A DNA stretch of 64,000 nucleotides, taken from the NCBI GenBank assembly GCA_965240325.2, contig OZ251243.1, forward strand, positions 434,001 to 498,000, read 5' to 3'. The translations under genes and the position numbers were made by a program. The notes under the pieces are model-generated. The model was not told the origin of the DNA. It saw only the letters and a list, made by a program, of their open reading frames with translations, and made no database searches. This document shows positions 32,671 to 45,203 of this stretch, piece after piece (positions within the stretch are counted from its first letter, which is position 1; the number at the start of each line of letters is the position of its first letter). The stretch comes from Rebecca billardiae RCC1528. Lineage: Eukaryota > Protista > Haptophyta.

Positions 32671-34970
32671 TGACCGCGTTCCGCGGTTCTTTTCTGCATA
32701 GAATTAACGCAGTTGGGGGCCCGCGGTGGCCGTGCAATCGCGGCTCTCCGCCGTAGTAGTGGCCGAGTTCGCCAGTTGAAGAATGAAGTCGGTTCTGAGA
32801 TGACTGAAGCTATTATACTCATATGACCGCGTTCCGCGGTCCTTTTCCGTAGAACCAACGCAGTTCGGGGCCCGCGGCGCAGTGGTTGAGAATGAGACTG
32901 ACGAGTCAGTCAGTCCGAGTCAGAAAGACAGTTCAGCCACTCTGAGAGGGAGAGTCAGACCCGAGACCGAGTCTCGGACTCGGCGCGAGTATGCGGGCGC
33001 GCACGGCCAAGGGTGGCATGGGACACCAGCGGACGGGCCGCGCGGGGAAGCGGGGCGGCGCGCTCGCACTCGCAGGGCGAGAGGCGCGGACGGGCCGCGC
33101 GGGGAAGCGGGGCGGCGGCGCGCGCAGGGCGAGAGGGCGAGAGGCGCCGCGCGGCGCCGGGCCGGCGCGTGCGCGCGTGCGGGCGCACCTGCTTCAGCTT
33201 GCAAGGTGCTCGCGCTGCGCCATGCGCTCGACGAAGGGCCGCTGGTCGCGAGCCGGCGCGTGCGCGCGAGCGGGCGCACCTGCTTGAGGTACTCGCCCTG
33301 CGCCATGCGCTCGACGACGGGCCGCTGGTCGCTCAGCCGGCACGCCTCGTGCCGGCAGAGCGAGAGCGCGCGCCACTGCAGACTGCTGGCCCGCCGGCCT
33401 GCCGGCCGGCTGCGCAGCCGCGCACCGAGACCGACCGGAGCGGAGCTCGGGGCGGTGGAACGAGGCGAGCGGCGCGTCGCGCCTGCCGCCGCGCGTGCGC
33501 GCCTGCTCCACCGCGCCGCCGTGCTCGCCCGCCGCCTCCTCCGCCGCGTCGGCCTCGAAGACGGCGGCTGCCAGCGGCAGGCTGAGCTGCGCGCGGCTCA
33601 CTCACACTGTCTGTGAGTCCTCACGCTGCTGCCGGACCTCCGCGCCGCCGTCGACCGAGTTGAGGAGGAGCTCGCGCTCGGCGTCGAGGCGCGAGCTCGC
33701 GTGCTCGAGCTCGCCCTTCAGCCGCGCGAGCTCCGGGCGCATCCGGCTCATCAGCTCTGCCGCGCCGCTCGCTCGGCGGCGGCGGGCGGCGCGCTCTGCT
33801 CCGGTCGGCGAGCGACGAGCTCGCGTGCTCCGGACTCGGCTCGCCCTTGCGCGCTGCTCCTCGAGTGACGAACGCGCCCGCGGGCAGGTTGTTGCCCGTC
33901 GCCCCCGCTGCGATCTCGCCGCCCCCGCCGCGATCTCGTCGCGCATGTGTCCGTGGCGCGCGCCTGCGAGGTGACAGGCGGGCCGCGAGCTCAGCCTCGG
34001 GGAGAGCGGAGCGAGCGAGGAGAGGGCGAGACGCGCGGCCTGCGAGGCGACAGGCGCGCTCGGGGAGAGTATTTTACTATTCACATTTACAAGTGATCAA
34101 GTTTCCCGAGCCCTTGCCTTGCCGTTTTTATCGGTTGGCGGTTGGCGGCAATCTCATACTTAAAATCGCGCTCGTAACGAACCGTTACACTAATGTCACG
34201 TCCAGCTGACGTCCAGATCGCACTTTACTTAAGGGAATCAGCTGGACGCGCTTTTTTTCGGCCTAATAGACCTCTCTATGCGATCTCAAAAACTCGAAAC
34301 TCGGTCTCCGCCAGCCCTAAAAATCGCCCCCCGTCCCTTTTTTCTTGATCAAAGATCTTTTTGAAACGTGGTTCGGGCCCGCTGGTGCGGGCTCCACGCT
34401 GCGCGCTCCGCCCTGCACCGCGGGCCATTAGTCCGATGACCGTCGCCCTGCCTGCGCGACCGCGAGACTCATTCACACTTCACACAATCACAGCAGCGGA
34501 CCTGAGACCGTACCCGGCACCGGTCGTCAAATGACGGACGTCCGTCTGACAACTAGCTGCCAAATGCTGTCCAACTGGCTGATCAGCTCGGATCCGACCC
34601 GTCCGCGATCGTGCCATCGGCATCGGAATTACTACGAGTAGCTGCCAAACTGTCCAACTCTGGCTGATGATCAGCTCGGATCCGACCCGTCCGCGATCGT
34701 GCCGAGTGAGTCGTGCCGCGGAGCTCGGAGTACTGAAGGAGTCGGGTGTGACAGCAGGGTGCTTTAGCGCTGCGGCCCGTGCCAGCCAACGACCAGACGT
34801 ACTCTGGCCACTTGGCCCGTTGCACGGGTGAGTGACAGTACGCCCTGCCTACCGCGCGCGCACGCCCCCCGTCCCTTTTTTCTTGATCAAAGATCTTTTT
34901 GAAACGTTAACGTGGTTCGGGCCCGCAGTGCGGGCTCCACGCTGCGCGCTCCGCCCTGCACCGCGGGCCA
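32671..34970 (+). mobile_element. Nested pair of asymmetric-ended elements (outer 32671-34970, inner 32824-34427)
   Basis: Left-end motif TGACCGCGTTCCGCGG..TAGAA..AACGCAGTT.GGGGCCCGCGG at 32671 and 32824; right-end motif ...GATCTTTTTGAAACG...CCGCGGGCCA ends at 34427 and 34970. Outer flanks TTA/TTA, inner ATA/TTA. Pairing of the ends is inferred. Confidence 0.55.
33160..33950 (-). pseudogene. Coiled-coil gene fragment with an internal duplication, inside the inner element
   Basis: MRPELARLKGELEHASSRLDAERELLL ends at a stop; DQRP(V/F)VERMAQ.E is duplicated at ~33165-33330; frames are broken. Confidence 0.35.
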
Positions 34971-36542
34971 TTAGCTAGGTCGCGTACTTTCTGATCCGCA
35001 GGGCGCGGTCTGCAATAGTAACGCCCCCGAGTCGAGTGACTCGGACGAGTGAGACGACCACTGACCGCGGTTCAACAAGTTCTGAAAGTTCAACTTCACG
35101 GGCCGCATTCGCGCGGACCCGCTACTGGCACTGGGCCTGGCAGTGGCAGCCTGCGCAGAATCGTGACAGATCGAGTAGTGTGACTCATCCGGATGACTAC
35201 GGCGCCTCTACTAAGCTAGTTAAGCGATAGTAGTTATACCGCGTAGTTACGCCGCCTAACTCTTATTGTAACTCTACCGAGTACCGGGTCACGTACTACG
35301 ATGCCTCATGCGGCGGACAGCCGCCAGCCGGCGGCGCTGGCACCGAGTCCGAGTGCCCGAGCGGCCGAGGCGACGCCCTCCGAGACGAGTGACTGACGGA
35401 GTGCCGCGCACCGCGCGCACGGTCCGGGCGTCTCCGGCGCCGTAGCGGGCACTACTGTGTCTAGTGTGTCTATCCGTATACTGTAGGCTGGTCAGGCGGT
35501 CCCGGACCGGCGGCGGACCCGGCGGCGTGGTCTCGCGGCCACTCTCGGCGGATTCGGTCCCGCGTCGGGCTCAGCCTCGGGGCCGGGCGCCGGCCGGGCG
35601 GGCGGTGGCGCGGCGGTGCCGCCGCGACAAACATTGAACAACGGCAATAATCGCGGGCCTGAGACTTATATATATTTAACGACGTGGCAGCATCGGACAA
35701 GCGTCAGTAGTAGTGATGAGTGTGGTGACGCCGGATGACGACACGTTGACGTGACAATTTCATTGCCTGCTTACGCGAGCCGCTTGCGCTGAGTTGCGGC
35801 TTATTGCCCGCGCTCGGCTGAGCGCGTTTTGGCGGATGTCGCCGTTGGACTCTCGTAGTAGAAATAAAACAGGCCTGCTGCTGATATATGCTCTGTCACT
35901 CACTGTTCCATGGGTTTGCATCGTCATCGTGGTCCGGGCGGTGAGCACGGGTTTTCCCGATGGCGGCCGAGGTTCATGCATGGCCGCCGCCGCCATCGGC
36001 CAGCCCGCTGCGCCGCGCGCCGGCTGCTTCGTCGCGAGTGCTCGACAGAGCGCGCTGCTATTACGCGCGCCGGTGCACCGGCGCGGCGCGTGCCGTCGCC
36101 AACGGCGCGGCGCGCTCGTGCTCCGCCCGAGGAGGGGGCCAAAACTTGGTCACCTCCCACTCTGTTGACTCGTGTGGCTCCTGTGAGGATCCACACGCGT
36201 CACCCGGCCTCTCCCACCCCTCTGTTGGGTCTGTGTGCGCACTCGGGAATAGCCCTCGTGCCGGGGCCATACCTCCCACTGGGAGGGCGTACGACACTTA
36301 AAGAGCGTAGCTTAGTATGGCGGCAACTGATGATCAGGTCTCAGATGGTCTTATTACTTATAACTGATGACTGCTGTGTCAGCAAATGCTTCATTCATCG
36401 TCATCATTGTCATTATATTGTCAATGTCAGCGGCGGCGGGGCGGCACTCGCGGCACGGACCGGTCACGGCGTGACCGACGTCAGCACTCCGAAGCAGGTC
36501 CGGTCCGCGGACGGAACGTGGCCATGCTGCCGGATGGGGTGC

Positions 36543-36600
36543 ACCGCGGGCCCCCAACTACGTTGGTTCTACGCCAAAAGGACCGCGCGGACCGCGGTCA
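36543..36600 (-). repeat. Solo left-end copy of the TGACCGCG family
   Basis: Reverse-complement match to the motif at 32824 and 48075; flanked by TAA. Confidence 0.7.
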
Positions 36601-36661
36601 TAACTCACATGTATGCCGGATATTCGTAGCACGGCGCCGCTCGCCGCCTGGGGTGGCACGG

Positions 36662-38944
36662 TCATTCATGTGGCGAGCTCGACTCCTTGGCACGCCGATT
36701 CGGAGGTACGTAGGCGGCCGATTCCACCCTCGCGGTCCTAGACCCCGCCGAAGTCGCAGTCGGCGCGGCCGGATTGGCGGCCGCCGCAGCCTGCGGCGGC
36801 GCGCCTCGCGCCGCGGCGGTTGGCGGCGAAGGCGCAGCCGCCTGCTGCGCGCTCTGGCCCTGCGTCTTGCCCAGCTTGGCCGCGAGCAGCGCCTTCCGCC
36901 GCTTCGTGTACTTCCGCCTGAGCGTCGCGATGTCCTTCTCGAGCGCGTCGTCCAGCCCAGCCAGCTGAGATTCGATCTCGTCGAGCGTCTTGTCCGAGAA
37001 GTCATACTTGGCCTTGGCCTTGGTGCCAGAGGACTGGTGAGTGACGCCGGCGGGATGGAGCAAGCCGGCGGGCAAGGCGGGCGCGGCCGGCGTGGACGGC
37101 GAGTCGACCTCGCCGCTACTCACGGGCGCGCTCTGCCCCGCCGGCACCTGCGGCTGCCTTTGCAGCGCGGACAAGGCAGAGCCTTGCAGCCGAGCCTGCG
37201 CGGCCGGCGCCGCCGCCGGCTGCTGCGACTGCGCCGGCGGCCCGGGCGGCGCATTCCGTGTGGACGACGCCGGCGGCGTGCTCGGCTGCGGCTGAGCCTG
37301 CGGCTGGGGCCGCGCGACCGGCGCGGGCGGGAAGCCCAGCCAGTTCATGCTCCGCATGAACTTTGGCCACTCGGCCGCGCCTGCCACGCTGGCTGCACCG
37401 GCGCCGCCACCACCGCTGCCACTCTGCTGCTGGGCTGCAGCCGCGGCCGCACCGCTGGCGGCCGCGTTGAGGGGCGCCACGTTGCCACCTGCGGCGGTGG
37501 GCAGCGGCACGGGCGGCGTGGCAGATCGCTCGGTGACATCCATCGCCACCTTCACCGCCTCGCCGCCGCCGCCGCCGCCGCCGCCGCCCACTCCGCTACC
37601 GCTGCCAGCGCCGCCGCCGCCTCCGGCCGCAGACAGGCTGTCGAGCACTGGCCGCAGGCCGCGCGGCGAGGCGGCGCCGTTCCGCCCGACAAGGGCGGCG
37701 GCAGCGCCACCGTCATCCTCGACGTCGTCCTTCACGATCATCGTGCCCCAGCCGCCCTCGCCCCCACTCAGCTCGCCCACGTGCATCGTGCCACCGCCAC
37801 CACCGCCGGCGCCGCCAGCCGCGTCGACGGATCTGCCAGTCGGCGGTGACTGCTGCTGCTGCTGCTGCCTCCGACGCTTCGCGTCGGCGCGATCGCGCTC
37901 GCGCGCCTCCGCCTGCTCGCGCTCGAGCTCGCGCTGCTGCACGAGCAGCGCGCGGCTCTCCGCCACCAGCCGCTGCAGCGCGTCGCCCTGCCCCGCCACC
38001 GCGCGCACGATGAACGGGTGCTCGAGGAGCGAGCGCGTGTCGGCGCGCTGCGCGGGCTCCTTCACGAGGCAGAGCCGCACAAAGTCGCGGAAGTCGGCGC
38101 TCCAGCGGTCGGCGTCGGCGAGCGTGGGCGGCGGGCGCGTGGGGATGACGAAGATCGCGCGGAGCGGGTGCACGTCCGAGTACGGCGGCTTCGCCTCCGC
38201 CAGCTCGATCGCGGTGATGCCGAGCGACCACACATCCGCGCGGTTATCATATGTCGCCTCCTGGATCACCTCGGGCGCCATCCAGAACGGCGTGCCGATG
38301 ACGGTGCGCCGGCGCGACATGGTGGAGGAGAGGTGGGCGGAGACGCCGAAATCGGCGAGCTTCACCGCGCCGTCGCCGGTGAGCAGGATGTTCCCCGCCT
38401 TCACGTCACGGTGAATCTTGCGCTTGGAGTGCAGATAGCTCAGGCCGCGCAGTGTGCCGGCGAGCACGCACGCGATCTGCTGCTCGGCGAGGCCCTCGCC
38501 GCGCGCGGCGATGAGGTCACTGAGGGAGCTTCCCTCGCAGTACTCCATCACGATCCACAGGTCGCCGTCCTTGTAGTACGAGCCCCGGTACTTGACAATC
38601 GCGTCGGAGTCGCAGCCGCGCAGAATCTCGATCTCGTGCGCGACCTCGGCGCAGTCGGTCTCGACGGGGACGATCTTGACCGCGACGAGCTCGTTCGTCT
38701 CAATGCGCACGCCCTTGTACACAACGCCGAATGAGCCCTCGCCCAGCTTCTCGAGCAGCGTGAACTCCTGCGCGGCGAGAGCGCGTGGCGCAAGCGCGCG
38801 CGCGCGACGGGCTCAGCGGCACGAATGGCACGCGCGGGGCCGGCGCCGGCGGCGACCAAGGCGGGAGCGCGCGGCGCGCGGCACCTCGGTTGGGTCGCCG
38901 GGCTGGTCGTACGGGAAGCCCACCTCGTCCTCGTCCTCCTCCAT
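36662..38944 (-). CDS. STE20/MST (Hippo-like) kinase with a SARAH-like C-terminal coiled coil; intron 38768-38884
   Basis: LEKLGEGSFG, VAVK, HRDVKAGNILL, DFGVS, TVIGTPFWMAPEVI, PLRAIFVIP; tail YDFSDKTLDEIESQLAGLDDALEKDIATLRRKYTKRRKALLAA. Confidence 0.9.
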
Positions 38945-39254
38945 CGCCAGCCAGCGCCGCTCGGAGCGCGCGCGCACGGTGGTGGGCGGCGCAGCGCTGC
39001 TCGATGGCAGGCAGCCACCACTGCTACACTGCGCTACTGAAAGCAGTCCGGTCCGGAGACCATCATAAAGTAGACAGTGGTGCAGTCTAGTAGTACGGTA
39101 CTCACCTGGGTGTGTTGTGATAGTGCCAGAACGTCTATGCCTCATAGTGGCCAGCATATGGGGGTATGGGGGTATCTTTGAGAGCAAGTGTCCGGGCCTG
39201 TCGCCCCACGCCGTGTCGTCGAGGCGAGTGGCGAGCGCGACGGCCGCGCGCGCG

Positions 39255-42200
39255 ATGGATCCGGTGCGCGTGCGGCTGCGCCCGCTGTGGGGCGAGGGCG
39301 CGGACGAGCCGCTGTGCAGCGTGCTCGAGGTCGACGGCTGCACCCTCCTCCTCGACTGCGGCTCGACCGAGCGCTTCGACCTCCCGGCGCTCGAGCCGTT
39401 GCGCGAGCTCGCGCCGAGCGTTGACGCCGTCCTGCTGTCGCACGCGGACCTCGCGCACCTCGGCGGGCTGCCGTACGCGTACGGCCACCTCGGCCTGCGC
39501 TGCCCGGTGTACGCGACCCTGCCCGTGTGGAAGATGGGCCAGATGTTCCTCTACGACGCGTACCAGGCGCGCGCCACGGAGTGCGGCGGCGCGGTCGACG
39601 GCTTTGACTTAGACGACGTCGATGCGGCCTTCGAGCACATCACGCAACTCAAGTACGCGCAGCTCGTGCGGCTGCGCGGCGCGCGCGGCCGCGGGGTCTC
39701 GATCACGCCGCTCCCCGCCGGCCGCACCCTCGGCGGCGCCATCTGGCGCGTGCGCAAGGAGACGGAGACGGTTTTGTACGCGGTTGACTTTGGGCACACC
39801 GCCGAGCGGCTGCTGCTGCCGGCGGCGCTCGAGGAGATCCAGCGGCCGAGCGCGCTGATCGTGAGCGCGCACGCGATCTCGCGCGAGGCGGCGCCGCTCA
39901 AGCAGCGCGTCTCCACCCTCGTCGAAGCCACCGTCACCGCGCTCCGCGCCGGCGGCAGCGTGCTGCTCCCTGTAGATACCGCGGCGCGATCGCTCGAGCT
40001 CGTGCATACTCTCGCATCGCACTGGGCGAACGCCAAGCTGGGGCACTACCCGCTGGTGTTCCTCGGGCACACGTCGTACAACACGCTCGAGTTCGCCAAG
40101 TCGCAGATGGAGTGGATGTCCGACGCGGTGATCCGCCGCTTCGACGTGTCCGGGCATGCGCTTTCGTTCCGCGGCGTCATCCCGTGCACGTCCCTCGAGG
40201 AACTAAATGACCTGGCCGAGGCGGCTGCGGGGCCCATGGCCGTGTGCGTCTCGACCGAGGCGTGCGACATGGGGCTGTCGCGCGCGGCGATCGCGCAGTG
40301 GCTGGCCGAGCCCCGGCGCCTCGTGCTCTTCACCTCGCCCGGCCCGCCCGGCTCTGTCGCGCGGCGCCTCACCGCCGCGAGCGAGCCTCCTGCCACCGTG
40401 CAGCTGCCGCGCTGGCGGCGCGCGCCGCTCACGGGGCCGGCGCTTGACGCGTGGCGCGCGCGGCGCGCGGCGGCGCAGCGCGCGCGCGACGAGGCGGCGG
40501 CTGCGGAGGAGCGCGAGGCGCTCGCGGCGGCCGCCGCCGCGATGGCCGGCGCGCCTGGCGCCGAGGCGGGCGCGCCCGCGGCCACCGTCGGCGGCGCGGA
40601 CGGCGGCGCAGGCGCGGCCGCGGACGGCGCCGAGGGCGTTCTGAGGATGGCCGCCGCCGCGGCGGCCGCCACCTCTGTCGAGGCGCTCCCGCTCATGCCG
40701 TACCGCGAGCACTTCCCGCGGCGCGACGAGTGGGGCGAGGAGGTGCGCAGCACGCGCGCCCCGCGGCGCACGCACGCCGCGCGCGCGCGCGCCTGCGCGC
40801 CGCGCGCGACGGCGCGCCGCGCGGAGTGCGGAGGGTGTAGCAGGTGCTCGCCCGCACGCGCGCTGCGGCGGAGCGGCGCTCTCGCTCATCGCGGCCGCGA
40901 CCCGCGCCGCGTGCGTGCACGGCCGCAGGTGTCCGAGCCGGAGTGGGGCCGCCTCGCCAAGGTCGCCGCCGAGGCCGAGCGCTCGAGCCTTGACGGCGCG
41001 AGTGCGCCGCGGGATGGCGTGGTGGCCGCACCGGACGCGGGCGGCGCGGGCGGCGCGGGCGCTCTCGGCGCGGACGCGGCTGCGGCCAACGGCACGGCGC
41101 GCGCGGCGCGCGAGAGTGCGGCGCCGAAGCCTTCGGGCGCGGCGTCGGCGGCGGAGCGCGTCGCGCGCGCGCGCACCACCGACGGGTCGGCCGCCGACGA
41201 CGACGCGGCCGATGCCGCCTTGCTCGGTGCCGACGGCGAGCAGGCGCAGCGCGCTCGACTTGAGCTCGCCGCCTGCCGGCGCGGCGCGGCCGCGGCGGCC
41301 GCGGCGGCGACGGAGGAGACGGCGGCGTTGGACCCGGTGGCGCACCCTGCCGGCGCGCTCGCCTCGCTCGGCGCTGACGCCGCCGTCGACGGCGTCCCGG
41401 CCGGCGTGCTCGTCGTCGGCGCGGGCGGCGCCGCCGCCGAGCCGGCACCCCTGGGGTGGGTGGAGGGCCCTGGCGAGGAGATTTCGGTCCGATGTCGAGT
41501 GCGGCTCGTGCCTATGGACGGGCACTGCGACGCGCGCGCGTTCAAGGCGCTGCTGGCGCGCGCGGCGCCAGGCGCGCTCGCGCTGCTGCGCGGCACCGCG
41601 TCGGACAAGGCGCGCGCCACCGCCGTCGCCACGCGCGCCGGTGTCTCACGCGCGCTCACTCCGAGCGTGCGCGGCCCTCCGCTCGACCTGAGCTCAGGGG
41701 TGCACATGACGCGCATCAGCCTCCCCGATACCCTGCTGTCCGCGACCGAGTTCCAGCAGGTGGGCGGGTACGAGGTGGCGCGCGTGCGCGGCGTGCTGCA
41801 CGTGCCGAGCACACCGGACTCGACCGCGCCCGACGCGCCCGCGCTCGCTGGCGGCCTGGACGCGGCCGCTGCAGAGATGGGCGGTGGCGCCGTCGCTGAG
41901 ATTGCGCCGCCGACAGCGGGCGGTGACGCGGCGGCGCCCGCGGCGGCTGACGGCGGCGAGGCCGAGGCCGCGCCCGCGGCGGCCGCCGCCGGCGATCCGA
42001 TGGAGGTGACGGCACTGCAGCCCGCCGGCGGAAGTGCTCTCCCACCGCGGCGCGCGGGCACGCACGCCGCCCTGGCCGAGCTGCGCGCAGCGCCCGCCGC
42101 GCAGAGCGCGATGGCGCCGAGCTCGGCCGGCACGCTCGCGGCCACCGGCGGCTCGCGCGCTCTGAGCTTCGTCGCGCACGGCGACCTGCGGCTCTCGGAC

Positions 42201-42380
42201 TTCCGGCAGACGCTCGCGCGCGCGGGGTACCGCGCGGAGTTCGTGTCGGGCGTTCTCGTCGTGAACGGCAAGGTGCGGCTGCGCAAGGCGGGCCCGCGCA
42301 AGGTCGCCCTGGACGGCGTGTACGGCGACGACTACTTTGCCGTGCGGCAGCTGCTCTACTCGCAGTTCCGACGCATCTGA
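39255..42380 (+). CDS. CPSF2: Cleavage and polyadenylation specificity factor subunit 2 (CPSF100); in-frame intron 40743-40928
   Basis: LLDCG, VLLSHADLAHLGGLPY, ATLPVWKMGQMFLYD, FAKSQMEWMSD; C-terminal GDLRLSDFRQTL..G..AEF.SGVLV..YFAVRQLLYSQF. Confidence 0.93.
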   Translation: MDPVRVRLRPLWGEGADEPLCSVLEVDGCTLLLDCGSTERFDLPALEPLRELAPSVDAVLLSHADLAHLGGLPYAYGHLGLRCPVYATLPVWKMGQMFLYDAYQARATECGGAVDGFDLDDVDAAFEHITQLKYAQLVRLRGARGRGVSITPLPAGRTLGGAIWRVRKETETVLYAVDFGHTAERLLLPAALEEIQRPSALIVSAHAISREAAPLKQRVSTLVEATVTALRAGGSVLLPVDTAARSLELVHTLASHWANAKLGHYPLVFLGHTSYNTLEFAKSQMEWMSDAVIRRFDVSGHALSFRGVIPCTSLEELNDLAEAAAGPMAVCVSTEACDMGLSRAAIAQWLAEPRRLVLFTSPGPPGSVARRLTAASEPPATVQLPRWRRAPLTGPALDAWRARRAAAQRARDEAAAAEEREALAAAAAAMAGAPGAEAGAPAATVGGADGGAGAAADGAEGVLRMAAAAAAATSVEALPLMPYREHFPRRDEWGEEVRSTRAPRRTHAARARACAPRATARRAECGGCSRCSPARALRRSGALAHRGRDPRRVRARPQVSEPEWGRLAKVAAEAERSSLDGASAPRDGVVAAPDAGGAGGAGALGADAAAANGTARAARESAAPKPSGAASAAERVARARTTDGSAADDDAADAALLGADGEQAQRARLELAACRRGAAAAAAAATEETAALDPVAHPAGALASLGADAAVDGVPAGVLVVGAGGAAAEPAPLGWVEGPGEEISVRCRVRLVPMDGHCDARAFKALLARAAPGALALLRGTASDKARATAVATRAGVSRALTPSVRGPPLDLSSGVHMTRISLPDTLLSATEFQQVGGYEVARVRGVLHVPSTPDSTAPDAPALAGGLDAAAAEMGGGAVAEIAPPTAGGDAAAPAAADGGEAEAAPAAAAAGDPMEVTALQPAGGSALPPRRAGTHAALAELRAAPAAQSAMAPSSAGTLAATGGSRALSFVAHGDLRLSDFRQTLARAGYRAEFVSGVLVVNGKVRLRKAGPRKVALDGVYGDDYFAVRQLLYSQFRRI

Positions 42381-42972
42381 TGACAATGATCATCATTGAC
42401 GACCAGCAGCCGCATCGGAGACTACATTTTGATTTGACGGATCAGCAGGATGCTTAGCTCGGGCCACGAGCGCGGTCCTAAGTGACTGACCTAACTCCTA
42501 TTTAGAGTCCTAAGGCCGCTGTGTGGCGGCAGCGTCCTAGCCATATTATTTAATATATATATATATTATTTTCGGATACGTAGTATTTTTATTATTTATT
42601 TATTTTCGTCGCGGGCGCTGCGGATATGGCGGGCGCCGTAGTGATTATTTTGACAGCCTGCACGGCCCTGCTTCTTGAATCTTGGAGTTGGGAATGGGTT
42701 ATGGGAGGGGAATCTGATGGGCCAGGCCCAGCGCTGCTATGTATTATTTATATGTAACATGAGTATCATCATATTCAGCAGCTCTCACTCTGCGTCTGGC
42801 TTCGGTCTCGGAGTTCGATTGTCCTCGCCCTGCGGGCCCTGCCACGTCAACTAAAAGTGATGCTGACTGCTTCAGCAGTATTCAGAGCGATATTGAATTT
42901 ATTATTGGGCCAACATTTACATGAACACGGGCACGACCGAAGGCGAATTGCACAGGCAGGCTTCCTCTATAT

Positions 42973-44452
42973 TTCAGACTCTATTTTACTATATGGCGGG
43001 CCGTAGGTCCACCCCTTGTAGTGCCCGGGAAGAAGATAAGAAAAAGAAAAATAAAAAGAAAATCGCCTCGCCAAGAAAAGAAAATCGCTTCGCTCACTAC
43101 CGGGCGCCCTCGCAGCTCCCACTGGGGACGCTCGGCCGAAAACCATCTGGCGCCTGGCGCGGAGCGCATGGGCCGCGCGCGCCAAATCCAACGCCGGCGC
43201 GGACATCGCGCGAGGATTCCCTAGAGGCTTTTTCGCCCGATTCGCGTTTGCTGCCCTCGTCGTCTCGCGTGCAGGTCGAACGGGGGCTAAATCGACGCGT
43301 TTGGAGCGGTACGCCCGGTTACCCGGTACGCTCGGCGCGTCGACACGATCGTGCGACCTGGGGCGATCCTCGCCCGACGTGCACGTCGAAAGCTCGCACA
43401 GGCCATAGCATCATGCGCTGCGCACGATGACCGCCTCGCGCGATCCACCGTCGCGCGTCGAGCTCGGTGCGAGAAAGCCCTCATCACGAGGCGTCTCGCG
43501 GGCGGGAAGCGCCATCGCACGCGACGCAAGATTTGGCGCGGCCTTCTGAACTCGATCGCCGGAATCCGCGCACCGGACTCAGTCATTGCTCGCGGTCCGG
43601 TCCCTCAGCCGAAGCCCACGTCCGGCCTGCATGGCGTCGACGGTGACCAATGCGACGGAAGCGCAGCGCCAACGGCGTACGACGCGCAGCGGAGGCACCT
43701 CCCGGGTCTGTCGCCGTGGCAGCAACCGCGTCTTCGCGAGTTGGCGACCCTCGCCGCAGCGCGACACAGACAAGCCCGTGATGCCATCCACACAGAGATG
43801 AAACGTCGAGCATGCAACATCGCCGCGCCATCCTCGTCCATGGCGCAGGCGCTGCGGGACGAGGCGGAAGTCGTCACGCCGGTGACGGATGCGCTGCGAC
43901 TCGTGTGCCCGCGTGAGCAGCGCTTGCCCACTCTCGATCGCGAGTGGCACACGCTGTCGCTGTGCGCGCGCGCGCGCACAACCAACAGCTCATCGTGCCG
44001 CCTGAGCACGCGAGCGCCAGACCTGTCGAAGAGGCGAAGAGCGACGACCGCGTGAACGTCAACGCGCTCGTGATTCCCTCGTGGGTGTGGGCCTCGCTGA
44101 TGGAGTGATGCGCATACTACTAAGAGTACAGACCGTGAGACGTGTGTACACGTCGGAGAGCCAACAATTCATGGTCACAGGTCCTTGCAGTTACTTGCAC
44201 TCGACTGTCCGTCACCCACGGCCACGAGCGAATAATGTGGAAAGCAGACGCGAACCCCGACCCGCAAAGGATACATTGCGACAGCACTGGCACGGCCCGC
44301 CGCCCCCCCGCCCGCCAGGGCACAGTTTGTATTTACCCATCTCAGACTCTGGTCAGAACACGGCCCAGGAACGATCCGGATGCGCGCGGTCCGTAGCTAT
44401 TGGAATAAAGATGTCACCGGACTGGGTAAATAGCTATGAAAAATTCTGGAAA
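42973..44452. mobile_element. Probable degraded non-autonomous element of the TTCAGACTCTATTTT family
   Basis: TTCAGACTCTATTTT at 42973-42987; 44327-44441 is an inverted, diverged copy of the family end seen at 47961-48069. Confidence 0.45.
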
Positions 44453-44600
44453 CCCACGAGAACAAAGGCACGACTTCACGCTGGGGACCAGCCCGTCGCA
44501 CGAGTCTGAACTAAAAGGACTCGCACGCAGGCGGCCGCGGGAGCTCGCAGCCGGGCGAGCCGGCGGGTGCGAGGGAAGCCCCCGAATCGGGACCGACACC

Positions 44601-45203
44601 ATGACGACGAAGCCCCTGCTGCACCTGCGGCAAGCGCTGGGCGACAACCTCACAGGCGTGAACGAATCCAAGCAGATCATCATCGACGGCTGCTTCTGCT
44701 GCAACACGTCGCTCTACCTGGAGCAGCCCGGGTGCGCGCGTGCACGCTCGCGCGCGTTGCACATGCTTGCGCCGTCGGCATCACTGTCACACGTGGTGTG
44801 GGGTGGGGGGATGGGGGGATGCGGCCCAGATTGAGAGCGGTAGAGACGCCCCTCTGCCCAAGCATGGTCCGGAAAACGTCCGCTGACCGCCACCCGACGC
44901 GCCGTACGGAATGCCTGCAGGTGTATTGGCATCAGCTCAAAGGCTGAGCTCTGCTGCCTTGAGGGCGAGTGCTGCCTGAAGCCCAAGGTCCCGCCGATCA
45001 GCAAGCTGTACTGCATCGACATCCGAGTCGCAAAGTTCCAGCTGCGCCTTAAGGAGCAGATCCAGTGCTGCTGCTGTGTCACCAACTTTGCGCTGCCGCC
45101 AGACAGTGAGGTGCCGCTCACGTTTGCCAAGTTTGGCCTCGCCGTCTACCCAAAGGTGGGCTGCCTCCAGACGCAGGGGGCGCTGATGATGGGACGGCTC
45201 TAG
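44601..45203 (+). CDS. Small cysteine-rich protein (137 aa); intron 44732-44920
   Basis: GT-AG splicing gives a continuous frame: ..IDGCFCCNTSLYLEQPGCIGISSKAELCCLEGECCLKP..QIQCCCCVTNFALPPDSEVP..GCLQTQGALMMGRL*; typical codon bias. Confidence 0.78.

Noticed and set aside
43351-44055. Possible transposase remnant ORF
   Set aside because: No DDE, zinc-finger or HTH motif recognised; weak codon bias.
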